DNA from: an uncultured Eubacteriales bacterium
Lineage (GTDB): Bacteria > Acidobacteriota > Aminicenantia > Aminicenantales > Aminicenantaceae
Direction of reading: 5' to 3'
DNA: 64,000 bases
Assembly: GCA_964348015.1 (NCBI GenBank)
Contig: CAYGBC010000045.1
Coordinates: 1,784-65,783, forward strand
Part shown: positions 8,664 to 17,216 of the stretch, one piece after another
How positions within the stretch are numbered: position 1 is the stretch's first letter
How the letters are laid out: each line of letters begins with the position of its first letter
Position numbers and translations under genes: made by a program
Notes under the pieces: generated by a model
Told to the model about the DNA's origin: nothing
What the model saw: only the letters and a program-made list of their open reading frames with translations
Database searches by the model: none

Positions 8664-9419
8664 CTACTTGATGATCTTTCCGGAGATCACCAGGACCAAA
8701 GCCTTGTCTCCGCCGTCCAGCTTGGACACGCCCACGATAGTCTTTTCCCCGCTTCTAAATGTCAGGGCGGTTTCGATGAGTGCGACAATCTGCGTTTGGG
8801 TTGAATTCCCAATTTTTCTTACTCTTTGATGCCTCAGTTCAAGATCCACCTGAAAAGCATCCCCTTTCTCTTCTTTCACGTGCCGTGGCCTCAACTGAAG
8901 CATGAATTCCATGCCTGAACCCCCGAGAATCTGCTCGGAGCGCTTTCCGTCCTGAACTCTCAGCAAAGCCGAACCGATCTTGTTCAAGGTTTCGAACCTC
9001 ATTACGCGCTGCATTTCTTTCATCAACGGGTCCGATTCCAGCTCCCTATCCGAAGCCTTGCCTCCAACCCGGGTGACCTCCTCGCCTTCTTCCTTGAACG
9101 CACCCACGATCAGATCCACAGTGAACAGGATATCCACGGGCTTGACATCGATCTCCTGGATGACCGAAAGCATCTTCTCGACGATCTCTGGCGTGTCCTG
9201 GATGGTGATGATATTCAACTCATCCTCGACCCTGATCCGCCCGTATTCACTCTGATAACCCACAAGAAGCTGGTGAACCTGCCTGGCTCTTATGTATTTG
9301 AGTTTGACAAGCTCCTTTCTCAATTCCGGTCTCGGCACCTGGTCTTGTGAGCCAAAAGCGCTAATGCCAGCAGCGCTCAACACGGCAAACACAAGTAAAA
9401 TTCCGATCGCTTTTTTCAT
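8664..9419 (-). CDS. Exported secretin-N-domain-like protein (third gene of the ECF sigma operon)
   Basis: Signal peptide MKKAIGILLVFAVLSAAGISAFG. VKLKYIRARQVHQLL...NIITIQDTPEIVEKMLSVIQEIDVKP resembles the short N-domains of GspD/PilQ secretins, but no secretin beta-barrel follows. 4-nt overlap with the upstream gene. Confidence 0.5.
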   Translation of the reverse strand: MKKAIGILLVFAVLSAAGISAFGSQDQVPRPELRKELVKLKYIRARQVHQLLVGYQSEYGRIRVEDELNIITIQDTPEIVEKMLSVIQEIDVKPVDILFTVDLIVGAFKEEGEEVTRVGGKASDRELESDPLMKEMQRVMRFETLNKIGSALLRVQDGKRSEQILGGSGMEFMLQLRPRHVKEEKGDAFQVDLELRHQRVRKIGNSTQTQIVALIETALTFRSGEKTIVGVSKLDGGDKALVLVISGKIIK

Positions 9420-9937
9420 TCTGTATCCTCCAATTCAAAATTTTTATCGAAAAACCAGACGATTTTCTGCCCTGTTTCGGGCAGAACCATGGTCATTCTC
9501 ACGACATCCTGCGGGGATTCCTCGAACGCACTTCCCAGAAGCTGCGCCTGGGTTCGCGCCAACATTTCTGAATCCAGCGTTGTCTCTCCCACAGGGAAAG
9601 GTTTGATGACGAATATTATGGTTAAAACGACGACCAGCACTCCCATCATCGCGTAAGCCCAGCCTTTCTTGAACGGCCAGGAAGCCAGAGGTGAGAACGC
9701 AGGCGTTTTTTCTCCGACAGCTTTCCGGACCGCCTGCTGCCATTCTGTCTCTTCCCATTCTTTTCTGTCTTCTTGGAGCCACTCCTTCATTTTTTCGCGC
9801 GACAGGATCAAGGCATCATATTCGCGCTGGCACTCGGGACATTCAATTAAATGGGCTTTCACGGCCTCGGCTTTGGACACGGAGAGGTCCGAGCCTGCCA
9901 TGAGGGGAAGCCAGCGCTGTACTTTTTTACATTTCAT
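9416..9937 (-). CDS. Anti-sigma factor, zf-HC2 type, single-pass membrane
   Basis: N-terminal C-x26-H-x3-C-x2-C (MKCKKVQ...HLIECPECQ) and a central TM helix AYAMMGVLVVVLTIIFVI. Overlaps the sigma gene by 11 nt. Confidence 0.8.
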   Translation of the reverse strand: MKCKKVQRWLPLMAGSDLSVSKAEAVKAHLIECPECQREYDALILSREKMKEWLQEDRKEWEETEWQQAVRKAVGEKTPAFSPLASWPFKKGWAYAMMGVLVVVLTIIFVIKPFPVGETTLDSEMLARTQAQLLGSAFEESPQDVVRMTMVLPETGQKIVWFFDKNFELEDTE

Positions 9938-10505
9938 TGTTCACCTCTTTTTGAAAGCCCAAATTTGTTTGTTCCAGTTGAGCCCGGATTTTTTTCCGGG
10001 CGCGGGAGAGATGAGTCCGGACGCTCAATAAAGAGCACTTGAGAATTCTGGATGTTTCTTCGACCGAGAAGCCATCTCCGTCCCGAAGAAGAAAAACGGC
10101 TTTTTCCTTAGGACTCAAATTCCGTAGGCAGGATTCGATCTTCGCCCTGATCTCTTTGTTCAGGAACTGCTGTTCTGGGCCCGAGTTGACGTCCACAGCA
10201 AGCATTTTTTGACTCTCTATGATGTCTCCGGCTTTCTTTTTCTTCCTCAAGAAATCATAGGCGGAATTCATCGTGATTCTGTAGATCCAGCTTTTGAAGC
10301 TTCTTCCTCTTTCGAACCTATGGAGGTATCTGTAGATCTTGATCAAAGCCTCCTGGCAGACTTCCTTGGCCTCTTCGAAGTTTCCCGTCATTCGGTAGGC
10401 CATGTTCAAAAGCCCCTGGCGATGCGGCCGGAGGAGTCGCTCGAAGGAGGATGGGTCTCCGTTGAGGACTTCGCCAACCAGATCATCTTCATTCTTCATC
10501 CACAT
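9927..10505 (-). CDS. ECF (group 4) RNA polymerase sigma factor
   Basis: 192 aa. Region 2 reads GNFEEAKEVCQEALIKIYR...FKSWIYRITMN. Region 4 HTH reads FSVEETSRILKCSLLSVRTHLSRARKKI. Confidence 0.9.
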   Translation of the reverse strand: MWMKNEDDLVGEVLNGDPSSFERLLRPHRQGLLNMAYRMTGNFEEAKEVCQEALIKIYRYLHRFERGRSFKSWIYRITMNSAYDFLRKKKKAGDIIESQKMLAVDVNSGPEQQFLNKEIRAKIESCLRNLSPKEKAVFLLRDGDGFSVEETSRILKCSLLSVRTHLSRARKKIRAQLEQTNLGFQKEVNNEM

Positions 10506-10635
10506 TAATATACCCGTCTTCCGCCGGAAATGTTAAGGGGAAAAATGCAACTCTTTTCCGATGAAGGTTGTTGACTAATAATGAGAAATCCATTATTTTT
10601 ATATCTATGACTTTCCTCATAAGAATTCGGACTGA

Positions 10636-11931
10636 ATGAAAGTCAGAATACGGACATACCGGAAAAAGACTAATCCCAAGCGCATCCATCTCCTTCTTTT
10701 CATCTTCCTCTCCTTCAGTCTGTTCCTGATCCTCACTTTTATTCCCAAAAAAAATATCCAGTCTGAAGTCACACTGCATACTCTTCTCCCCGCTATTTCC
10801 AATTCTCCGCCTCCGTTGCAAACAGACAAAAAGACCATTCGCTGGGGGATGACTCTGACAGACATCCTGGCTCCGTATGACTTCACCCCGACCGAGATAT
10901 ACGACCTGAGCCGGAGTGTCAGACCTGTCTATGACCTCTCCAGGATAAAAGCCGGCCAGGAGATCAGGGTCTATTCGACAGAGGAAGACCAAGTCGTTTC
11001 GCTGGAATACGATATTGATGAACAAGATTACCTCCTTATCCAGATAGAAGAAGGCGTTTACACGGCTGAGATCAAAAAAATTCCGTATGAAAACAGAGTC
11101 AGCATGATCTGGGGGACAATCCAAGATTATCCGATATCTGCCGTGAACGACGAGGGTGAGGGCGTGCAGCTGGCTCTTGATCTGGCCGACCTTTTCGCCT
11201 GGGACATTGATTTTTACGCAGACCTCCGCAGGGGGGATTCTTTTAAGGTCATCTTCGAGAAAAGATACCTGGATAGTGAATTCATCGGTTACGGGAATAT
11301 CCTTGCCGCGGAATTCACCAACCAGGGCCAGACATTTCATGCTTTCCGGTACACTTACCCCGATACGAAAGAATCGGACCACTACGATTTCGAAGGCCGG
11401 TCATTGAGAAAGACGTTCATGAAGTCCCCGATCAAATACAACAGGATCTCATCACGGTTCAGCTATAACAGGCTCCATCCCATCCGGAAGGTCTACCGTC
11501 CTCACTATGGAGTGGACTATGCCGCCCCCATCGGAACTCCTGTACAGGCTACAGCCGACGGGACGGTTATCTTCGCTGGAAGAAAAGGGGCTTCTGGCTA
11601 TATGATCGGTATCCGGCACAGCAATAAGTACGAAACCCAGTATCTTCACCTCAGAGGAATCCCGAAAAACATAAAAAAAGGAATCAAAGTCAAGGAAGGA
11701 AAGAAAATTGCCTACGTCGGCTCATCCGGGGAGTCTACGGGCCCCCATCTGGATTACAGGATCAAGGAATATGGAAAATACATCAATCCTCTGAAATTCA
11801 ATCCTCCGTCTGTCAATCCCCTCAGGACCGAGTTCCTCGAGGACTTCAAGAGGATCGCCGAGAATTACATCCTCTGTTTCGATCCTTCTCTAATGGTCGC
11901 TTCCTGCTGGGGTGACCCTCTGAATCTTTAA
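10636..11931 (+). CDS. M23 family (LytM-type) peptidoglycan endopeptidase, membrane anchored
   Basis: N-terminal TM segment. Catalytic motifs are HYGVDYAAPIGTPVQATADGTVIFAG and SSGESTGPHLDYRI. Confidence 0.9.
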   Translation: MKVRIRTYRKKTNPKRIHLLLFIFLSFSLFLILTFIPKKNIQSEVTLHTLLPAISNSPPPLQTDKKTIRWGMTLTDILAPYDFTPTEIYDLSRSVRPVYDLSRIKAGQEIRVYSTEEDQVVSLEYDIDEQDYLLIQIEEGVYTAEIKKIPYENRVSMIWGTIQDYPISAVNDEGEGVQLALDLADLFAWDIDFYADLRRGDSFKVIFEKRYLDSEFIGYGNILAAEFTNQGQTFHAFRYTYPDTKESDHYDFEGRSLRKTFMKSPIKYNRISSRFSYNRLHPIRKVYRPHYGVDYAAPIGTPVQATADGTVIFAGRKGASGYMIGIRHSNKYETQYLHLRGIPKNIKKGIKVKEGKKIAYVGSSGESTGPHLDYRIKEYGKYINPLKFNPPSVNPLRTEFLEDFKRIAENYILCFDPSLMVASCWGDPLNL

Positions 11932-12098
11932 TTCTTCTTGATTCTTCTCTGTTCACGCACACCCCATCTCAGGCTCGAAAGGAAAAATATTCAGTCAGAA
12001 ATCCGGATGAATGAAATCCGAGAATCCAAAAGGGAAATGTTCGCTCGGCGACAGAAAACAGGTATCGGATGAGCCGGTATCTTCAAACTCAGGAATAT

Positions 12099-14189
12099 CT
12101 ACTTCTTTTCCTTCTTTTCACTTTTACTGCTGGAACTGCTACTCCCGCTGCTGGACATACTCCGCACGCTCGTAGTCCTGGAGCTTCCCGAACTTCTTGA
12201 AGAGGCAGAAGATGAGGAGGAGGACGAAGAGGAATCTCTGAATCTGGAACGATAACTTCCTCCTGAAGCCGAGATGCCTGTGATTGTCGAAAGATTTCTT
12301 GAGGGCCGTACACTTCTGGACCTGAGGTTGAGCTCCTGGCACATAATCTCGTTGGAAATGCTGGAATACCTCAAAGAAACTCCGGCCCGGTTCGCGACTA
12401 CCGAGTCAGGATTCCAGTCTCTGAAGTGGACAGACCCTGAGAGTTTCGACGGTCTGAGTGTTGTCCTGTCATTTACGGGTGCTATCCTGCCCTCTGGGGA
12501 AACAAAGTAAATATTTCCGGAAGGATCGACGACCAGCTTGACTCCAGGATCTTTGGTTGGATTTTCCTTCTTCGCGATGCTGGAATTCGCCGCGTTTCCC
12601 GACAGAGATGTTCCTCTGGCTTTCTGGCCGGCCGGTTCAATACTGCCAGGACTTCTGGAAGAAAGCCCGCCCGCGTTCTTCCGGTATGTGTTCACCGCTT
12701 CTCGATAAGGATCTTTCAGGGATTTCGGGGGCTGTGAGTTCTTCTGCATCTGCGGAGAGAGATCGCGCAAATTTACGGCTTTTTGATAAATCCTCGCGGC
12801 ATTGAGGTCCTCTTTCCTGACCAAGACTGTCTGTTCTCCATACTCCCGGATCGAAGCCAGTATTCCTGGATCACCGTTCTTCACAGCAGAGACAAGCCTT
12901 TGGAGAATACCCATGTAGCCTTTCTGCAACGGATAATAAATGGCAGGTTTGCTCTGCAGCTGGTCTTTCCGGAGCCTGCGAAGGACATCTCTCCCTTCTA
13001 TTACAGGGAGATTGGAGGGGTCATCAAACGGACCACATAAATAGGAAGATCCATAATCATAATAGGGATAGTCCCAGCCAAACGTGCCGTACAAATACCA
13101 ATCCCACACGGTCCAGGGTCTCCAGCAGCAATAGCCCATATAGTTACCCCAGGCAACCCACGCCGGAGAGAATGCGGACCCGGGAAGCCAGAGCCAGCCG
13201 CGGTTCCTCTTCCAGACCCAGACGCCGAGGTGGTAAGGCACCCAACCCCATGTCTCTAGAGGCACCCAGAAGAGCTGCCCGTTCACTTCTCGCCACTGCC
13301 CGAAATAGTACGGACGCCATCTCCCTGCAGGATAAAGGTCGTTCGAATAGGGCCTCCAGACATACCCGTACAGGCTGTCCCAGACCCATTCTCCCCACAG
13401 GTCTGAATACTTCTGGGCAAAATAGACAACTGCCCGGGAATATCGCAAGATGGGCTTGGGGATAACAGCCATCCCCCTGTGAAGTTCCTCGAAATTCCTG
13501 TTGATGGACTCATTCCACAACTCAAAGTCCACATCCGTCGTGTATTCTCCTTGCAGAGCCTGGTGTTGCCGATTGACCGTTAACCTCCTGGAATTCTTAA
13601 CGACTTCTCTTCTGAGATGATCCTCGTCAGGCCCGTAGAGAACCAGGGCTTTTCCTTTCTTCACCTGGATATCCGTGCGGCCATCCTCTCTCGCTGCGAT
13701 CATCGCCACCGTCCTGTGATTCAACTTCGCAGACGCATGGGACGTTATGACCTGGAAGATCTCCGGATAATTGTACCTTTTGTACATGATATAAATCTCC
13801 CCTTTGTTGAGGAGAAAATTCGTGATTTTGCGACGTGTGCTGAGACTTTTGGCCATGATGGTTTCGATCTTTAACTCCGTATCCAGGTCCAGCCGGATGA
13901 TCGTTCCCGTATCCAGCTGGATCTCACATCTCCGGCTTGAAAATGTACGGATCACATCCCCGGGGAGCAGAGGAAAATTCAGCACCGCGACCTGAGGAGC
14001 TTCGGCCCCTTCTCGTATAACCACAGGATCTTTCCCTTCACGCTCAACCTCTGTGTAGGTGATATAGCCGAAATACACATCTTCTTTGGGGGAATGAATA
14101 TATTTATAATTGGACTGGGAATACAGGAATTGAGAAATCAGGAGGGCCAGGATAAAAATAAGAATAGGTATGTATTTTTTCTTTTTCAT
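12099..14189 (-). CDS. FecR-domain membrane protein with Trp/Tyr-rich central region and poly-Ser tail
   Basis: Start set at MKKKKYIPILIFILALLISQ (Met33 of the ORF, GGGGG SD upstream). FecR-like segment is PLLPGDVIRTFSSRRCEIQLDTGTIIRLDLDTELKI. W-rich block is WGEWVWDSLYGYVWRPY...WGWVPYHLGVWVWKRNRGWLWLPG. The tail reads SSSSSSSSSASSRSSGSS...KSEKKEKK. Confidence 0.7.
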   Translation of the reverse strand: MKKKKYIPILIFILALLISQFLYSQSNYKYIHSPKEDVYFGYITYTEVEREGKDPVVIREGAEAPQVAVLNFPLLPGDVIRTFSSRRCEIQLDTGTIIRLDLDTELKIETIMAKSLSTRRKITNFLLNKGEIYIMYKRYNYPEIFQVITSHASAKLNHRTVAMIAAREDGRTDIQVKKGKALVLYGPDEDHLRREVVKNSRRLTVNRQHQALQGEYTTDVDFELWNESINRNFEELHRGMAVIPKPILRYSRAVVYFAQKYSDLWGEWVWDSLYGYVWRPYSNDLYPAGRWRPYYFGQWREVNGQLFWVPLETWGWVPYHLGVWVWKRNRGWLWLPGSAFSPAWVAWGNYMGYCCWRPWTVWDWYLYGTFGWDYPYYDYGSSYLCGPFDDPSNLPVIEGRDVLRRLRKDQLQSKPAIYYPLQKGYMGILQRLVSAVKNGDPGILASIREYGEQTVLVRKEDLNAARIYQKAVNLRDLSPQMQKNSQPPKSLKDPYREAVNTYRKNAGGLSSRSPGSIEPAGQKARGTSLSGNAANSSIAKKENPTKDPGVKLVVDPSGNIYFVSPEGRIAPVNDRTTLRPSKLSGSVHFRDWNPDSVVANRAGVSLRYSSISNEIMCQELNLRSRSVRPSRNLSTITGISASGGSYRSRFRDSSSSSSSSSASSRSSGSSRTTSVRSMSSSGSSSSSSKSEKKEKK

Positions 14190-14329
14190 CGCTTTACCCC
14201 CTTCATAACTATTTTCTCCACTTGAATGAGAGCAAACTTTGTGCCAAATAATCCCTGAGGGCAGCTCAGCCGTTCGCCTTCTCACCTGTCCTCTTTCACA
14301 GCCATATGTCTATAAATGGGGTCAGGCTA

Positions 14330-14359
14330 TTGACAAGGGAACTTCAATATCATTAGAAT
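14330..14359 (+). promoter_or_regulatory. Sigma70-type promoter candidate for fbp
   Basis: TTGACA, 18 nt, TAGAAT, about 40 nt upstream of the ATG. AAGGAGG SD at about 14386. Confidence 0.5.
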
Positions 14360-14397
14360 TGACTTTTCTTTAAGATTCAAAATTTAAGGAGGTTTTA

Positions 14398-15498
14398 ATG
14401 AAAGTCACCCTCAGCGTTCTCAAAGCAGATATCGGCAGCATTGGCGGACACATCACACCGAGCCAGGCGCTCGTCAATGAGGTTAAAAATTTTGTCAAGG
14501 AGAACGGCAAAAATCTACTGATCGACCATTACATCAGCCACACCGGAGATGACATTGCTATCCTGTGCACGCACGAAAAGGGCGTATCAGACGAAAAAAT
14601 ACATAAGATGGCCTGGGATGCTTTTATTTCCGGGACAGAAGTCGCGAAAAAACAGGGGCTCTACGGCGCCGGACAGGATCTGCTCAAGGATGCCTTCAGC
14701 GGAAACATCAAAGGCATGGGTCCGGCCGTGTGCGAGATGGAATTCGAGGAAAGACCGAACGAGCCCTTTGTCTTCTTCGCCGCAGACAAGACTGATCCTG
14801 GCTGCTACAACCTTCCTTTCTACCTGGGCTTTTGTGATCCGATGTACAATGCAGGGCTCATCCTCAGCCCCAAGATGAGCGACGGATTCATGTTCCGCAT
14901 CATCGACGTCGAGCACACTGAAAAAGACAAGATCGTTGAACTCAACGCACCAGATGAGATCTACGACATCGCCGCTCTGCTCCGCGATAACGAAAGATAC
15001 GTCATCGAGAGCATCTATTCCCGTGCTTCCGGGAACCAGGCCGCGGTGATCTCCACCACGCGGCTGCACAACATCGCAGGAAAATATACAGGAAAAGACG
15101 ATCCTGTAGCTCTAGTCCGAGTCCAAGGGGAATTCCCTGCAACCGGAGAGGTGCTGGCTCCCTTCCAGATCGGGCCCTTTGTCGCCGGTTTTATGAGAGG
15201 CAGCCACAACGGTCCCCTCATGCCCTGCAAGCTGAACTCGACCATCTCCTTCTTCGACGGGCCTCCGGTGGTCACGGGTGCGGCCTTTTGCGTAAGAGAA
15301 GGAAAGATGACCGAACCCGCAGACGTGTTCGACCATCCCTACTGGGATCACGTGAGAGATCAGATATCCGAGAAAGCAACTGCAATCCGGCGCCAGGGTT
15401 TCTCAGGCGCAGCCATGCTTCCCTACAGCGAGCTCGAGTACGGCGGTATCGTGGAGAAGCTAGAAAAGCTGGAAAAGAAATTCAAACTTCTCGATTGA
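14398..15498 (+). CDS. fbp: Bifunctional fructose-1,6-bisphosphate aldolase/phosphatase (class V FBPase, archaeal type)
   Basis: Collinear over the full length with the archaeal/Aquificae enzyme as I recall it. Matching segments are MKVTLSVLKADIGSIGGH, GLYGAGQDLLKDAFSGNIKGMGP, IAGKYTGKDDPVALVR, MRGSHNGPLMP and FDGPP. Confidence 0.9.
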   Translation: MKVTLSVLKADIGSIGGHITPSQALVNEVKNFVKENGKNLLIDHYISHTGDDIAILCTHEKGVSDEKIHKMAWDAFISGTEVAKKQGLYGAGQDLLKDAFSGNIKGMGPAVCEMEFEERPNEPFVFFAADKTDPGCYNLPFYLGFCDPMYNAGLILSPKMSDGFMFRIIDVEHTEKDKIVELNAPDEIYDIAALLRDNERYVIESIYSRASGNQAAVISTTRLHNIAGKYTGKDDPVALVRVQGEFPATGEVLAPFQIGPFVAGFMRGSHNGPLMPCKLNSTISFFDGPPVVTGAAFCVREGKMTEPADVFDHPYWDHVRDQISEKATAIRRQGFSGAAMLPYSELEYGGIVEKLEKLEKKFKLLD

Positions 15499-15582
15499 GA
15501 AGGCTTTCTTCAGCTTTCTAATTCTGAAAACTCGTCCTGACAGAAGAGGACTCTGACTGGAAAATTCTCTTCACATACCAAG

Positions 15583-16020
15583 ATGAACAAACACCGAAAC
15601 CCTGTTCCGACCGTAGATATCATCATCGAGATCCAACGGGAAGACGGGACAGAAGGAATCGTTCTGATCAAGAGAAAAAATCCCCCTCACGGATGGGCCC
15701 TCCCGGGAGGATTCGTCGACTACGGTGAATCCCTGGAGGACGCCGCTGCTCGAGAAGCTAAAGAAGAGACCTCTCTCGACGTGGAACTCAAAAGGCAATT
15801 TCACACATATTCTGATCCGGACCGGGATCCCCGCCAGCATACGATCGCGACGGTCTTTGTAGCCACAGCCCAAGGACAGCCAAAAGCCCAGGACGACGCG
15901 GAGGAAATCGGGATATTCACACGGAATGAAATCGATTTTCCACTTGTTTTTGACCACAGCCGTATACTCAAGGATTATTTCGAACAGAAAAAGAAAAAAA
16001 ACGAAAAATTTAGCCTTTAA
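15583..16020 (+). CDS. NUDIX hydrolase
   Basis: Nudix box [24 protein letters not shown]. Confidence 0.85.
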   Translation: MNKHRNPVPTVDIIIEIQREDGTEGIVLIKRKNPPHGWALPGGFVDYGESLEDAAAREAKEETSLDVELKRQFHTYSDPDRDPRQHTIATVFVATAQGQPKAQDDAEEIGIFTRNEIDFPLVFDHSRILKDYFEQKKKKNEKFSL

Positions 16021-16140
16021 AGAAAGGAGGAAAAAATGGGGGGAGGCGCCTACAACTTTTTCTTTGCGCTATCCACATTTATTCCTTTAAAATAGATAGC
16101 GATGCAGAGCCGCCTCAGCCATGCGTGAGAGGAAAGACGG

Positions 16141-16398
16141 ATGGATAAAACTGATCATAAAAAGAAGAATGAAGAAGACATGGAACTCAAGGAGCTGCAT
16201 AAGATTTGGGGACCTGTCGAGGCTGAAGTCATAAAGGGTTATCTCGAAAGCAACGGGATTCGCTGCATCCTCAGAGGAAAAGTGGTTCAATCCGTCCATC
16301 CCTTTTCAGCAGACGGCCTCGGAGAAATCAAAATTTTTGTGGCGGAAAAGGATTACTCTAAAGCCAAAAAGCTCCTCAAAAAAAAGATCGACATATAA
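16141..16398 (+). CDS. DUF2007-like small protein (putative signal-transducing fold)
   Basis: 85 aa. The pattern EAEVIKGYLESNGIRCILRG...IFVAEKDYSKAKKLL is typical of DUF2007. Confidence 0.6.
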   Translation: MDKTDHKKKNEEDMELKELHKIWGPVEAEVIKGYLESNGIRCILRGKVVQSVHPFSADGLGEIKIFVAEKDYSKAKKLLKKKIDI

Positions 16399-16517
16399 AA
16401 AAGCGGAAAAGGGGACAGGCTGCTTTTTCCGGGGACTGTCCCTTTCAGTCCTTATATTTCAGAAAGAGAGCGACTGTCCCCCTTCTTGAAGAAAAAGTAG
16501 CCTGTCCACTTTTTTTC
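16398..16517. repeat. Family 2 motifs downstream of the DUF2007 gene
   Basis: AAAAGGGGACAGGCTGCTTTTT, GGGGACTGTCCC, GACTGTCCCCC and AAAAAGTAGCCTGTCCACTTTTTTT occur in a row. Confidence 0.6.
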
Positions 16518-16691
16518 CTTCCCTTTTTTCCCGTTTTCTCCCGCTTTTCTGCTCATTTTCCTTTTCTTTGTATTCAGTGTGCTCAATGTCTTTTCTTTAA
16601 AGCCTGCATCCTTATATATAGTGGCAGTTTGGGAATTCACACAATATCTAGAAAACAATACAAATAAATATGATTTTTTTGCATTTTTTCC

Positions 16692-16720
16692 TTGACATAG
16701 GGAATTATCTCTCCTATATT
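16692..16720 (+). promoter_or_regulatory. Near-consensus sigma70 promoter of the dcw cluster (Pmra-like)
   Basis: TTGACA, 17 nt, TATATT, ending 1 nt before the GTG at 16722 and 28 nt before the mraZ ATG at 16749. Confidence 0.7.
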
Positions 16721-16727
16721 AGTGGAA

Positions 16728-16755
16728 AACGGGACGGAACGGGACAAAATGGGAA
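16728..16755 (+). promoter_or_regulatory. Three 10-bp-phased direct repeats (AACGGGAC / AACGGGAC / AATGGGAA); candidate MraZ operator
   Basis: GGGAC at 16731, GGGAC at 16741 and GGGAA at 16751. They sit between the -10 box and the mraZ start codon, which the third repeat overlaps. Confidence 0.5.
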
Positions 16756-17216
16756 GCTTATTACTCGGAAGCTATCCGGCAAAATTCGACAAAAGCAGCC
16801 GCATAAAAATCCCGGAAAAATTCCGGATTGCCATAGAAGAACAGTACGGAAAAGACCTCTTCATCACCTCTCTGACTGACGAATCCATACAGATTTATCC
16901 GCTCTCGGTTTGGGAAAAACTATCAGGAGCTTCGATGGAGGGAGCCCTGCAGTTCAATCCCGCTGTGCGAAGCTTCTTGATCCGAGTCAACAGGAAAGGA
17001 AATCACTACCGGATTGACTCCAAGGGCCGGATTCTCATCAACCAGGATCTCAGAGAAAAGGCGGAGCTCAAAGAAGAGGTCGCCGTACTTGGCCTCACCG
17101 ATCATTTGGAGATCTGGAACAAGAAGAAACTTGACAAAATCCTCGAGGAAAGGCCTTTGACCGATGAAGATTTTAAAAACATCGCGGAACTCTTGCCTCA
17201 AGGAAAAACCGAATGA
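16749..17216 (+). CDS. mraZ: Transcriptional regulator MraZ
   Basis: MGSLLLGSYPAKFDKSSRIKIPEKFR plus a second half with DSKGRILINQDLR gives the duplicated SpoVT/AbrB-like MraZ fold. Start moved to Met10 because the promoter -10 abuts the upstream GTG. Confidence 0.9.
   Translation: MGSLLLGSYPAKFDKSSRIKIPEKFRIAIEEQYGKDLFITSLTDESIQIYPLSVWEKLSGASMEGALQFNPAVRSFLIRVNRKGNHYRIDSKGRILINQDLREKAELKEEVAVLGLTDHLEIWNKKKLDKILEERPLTDEDFKNIAELLPQGKTE

Noticed and set aside
12089-12342. Small minus-strand ORFs overlapping the 3' end of the FecR-like gene
   Set aside because: They are alternative frames of the serine-codon repeat that encodes the poly-Ser tail. No independent signals.
16069-16077. DnaA-box-like CTATCCACA
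   Set aside because: It is a single 8/9 match with no cluster of boxes, no AT-rich unwinding element and no dnaA/dnaN context. It is not an origin.
16722-16748. GTG start for mraZ at 16722
   Set aside because: It begins 1 nt after the -10 hexamer of the best promoter, so it would not be on the transcript. MraZ homologs start close to the MGSLLLG...FDKSSRIKIP segment.
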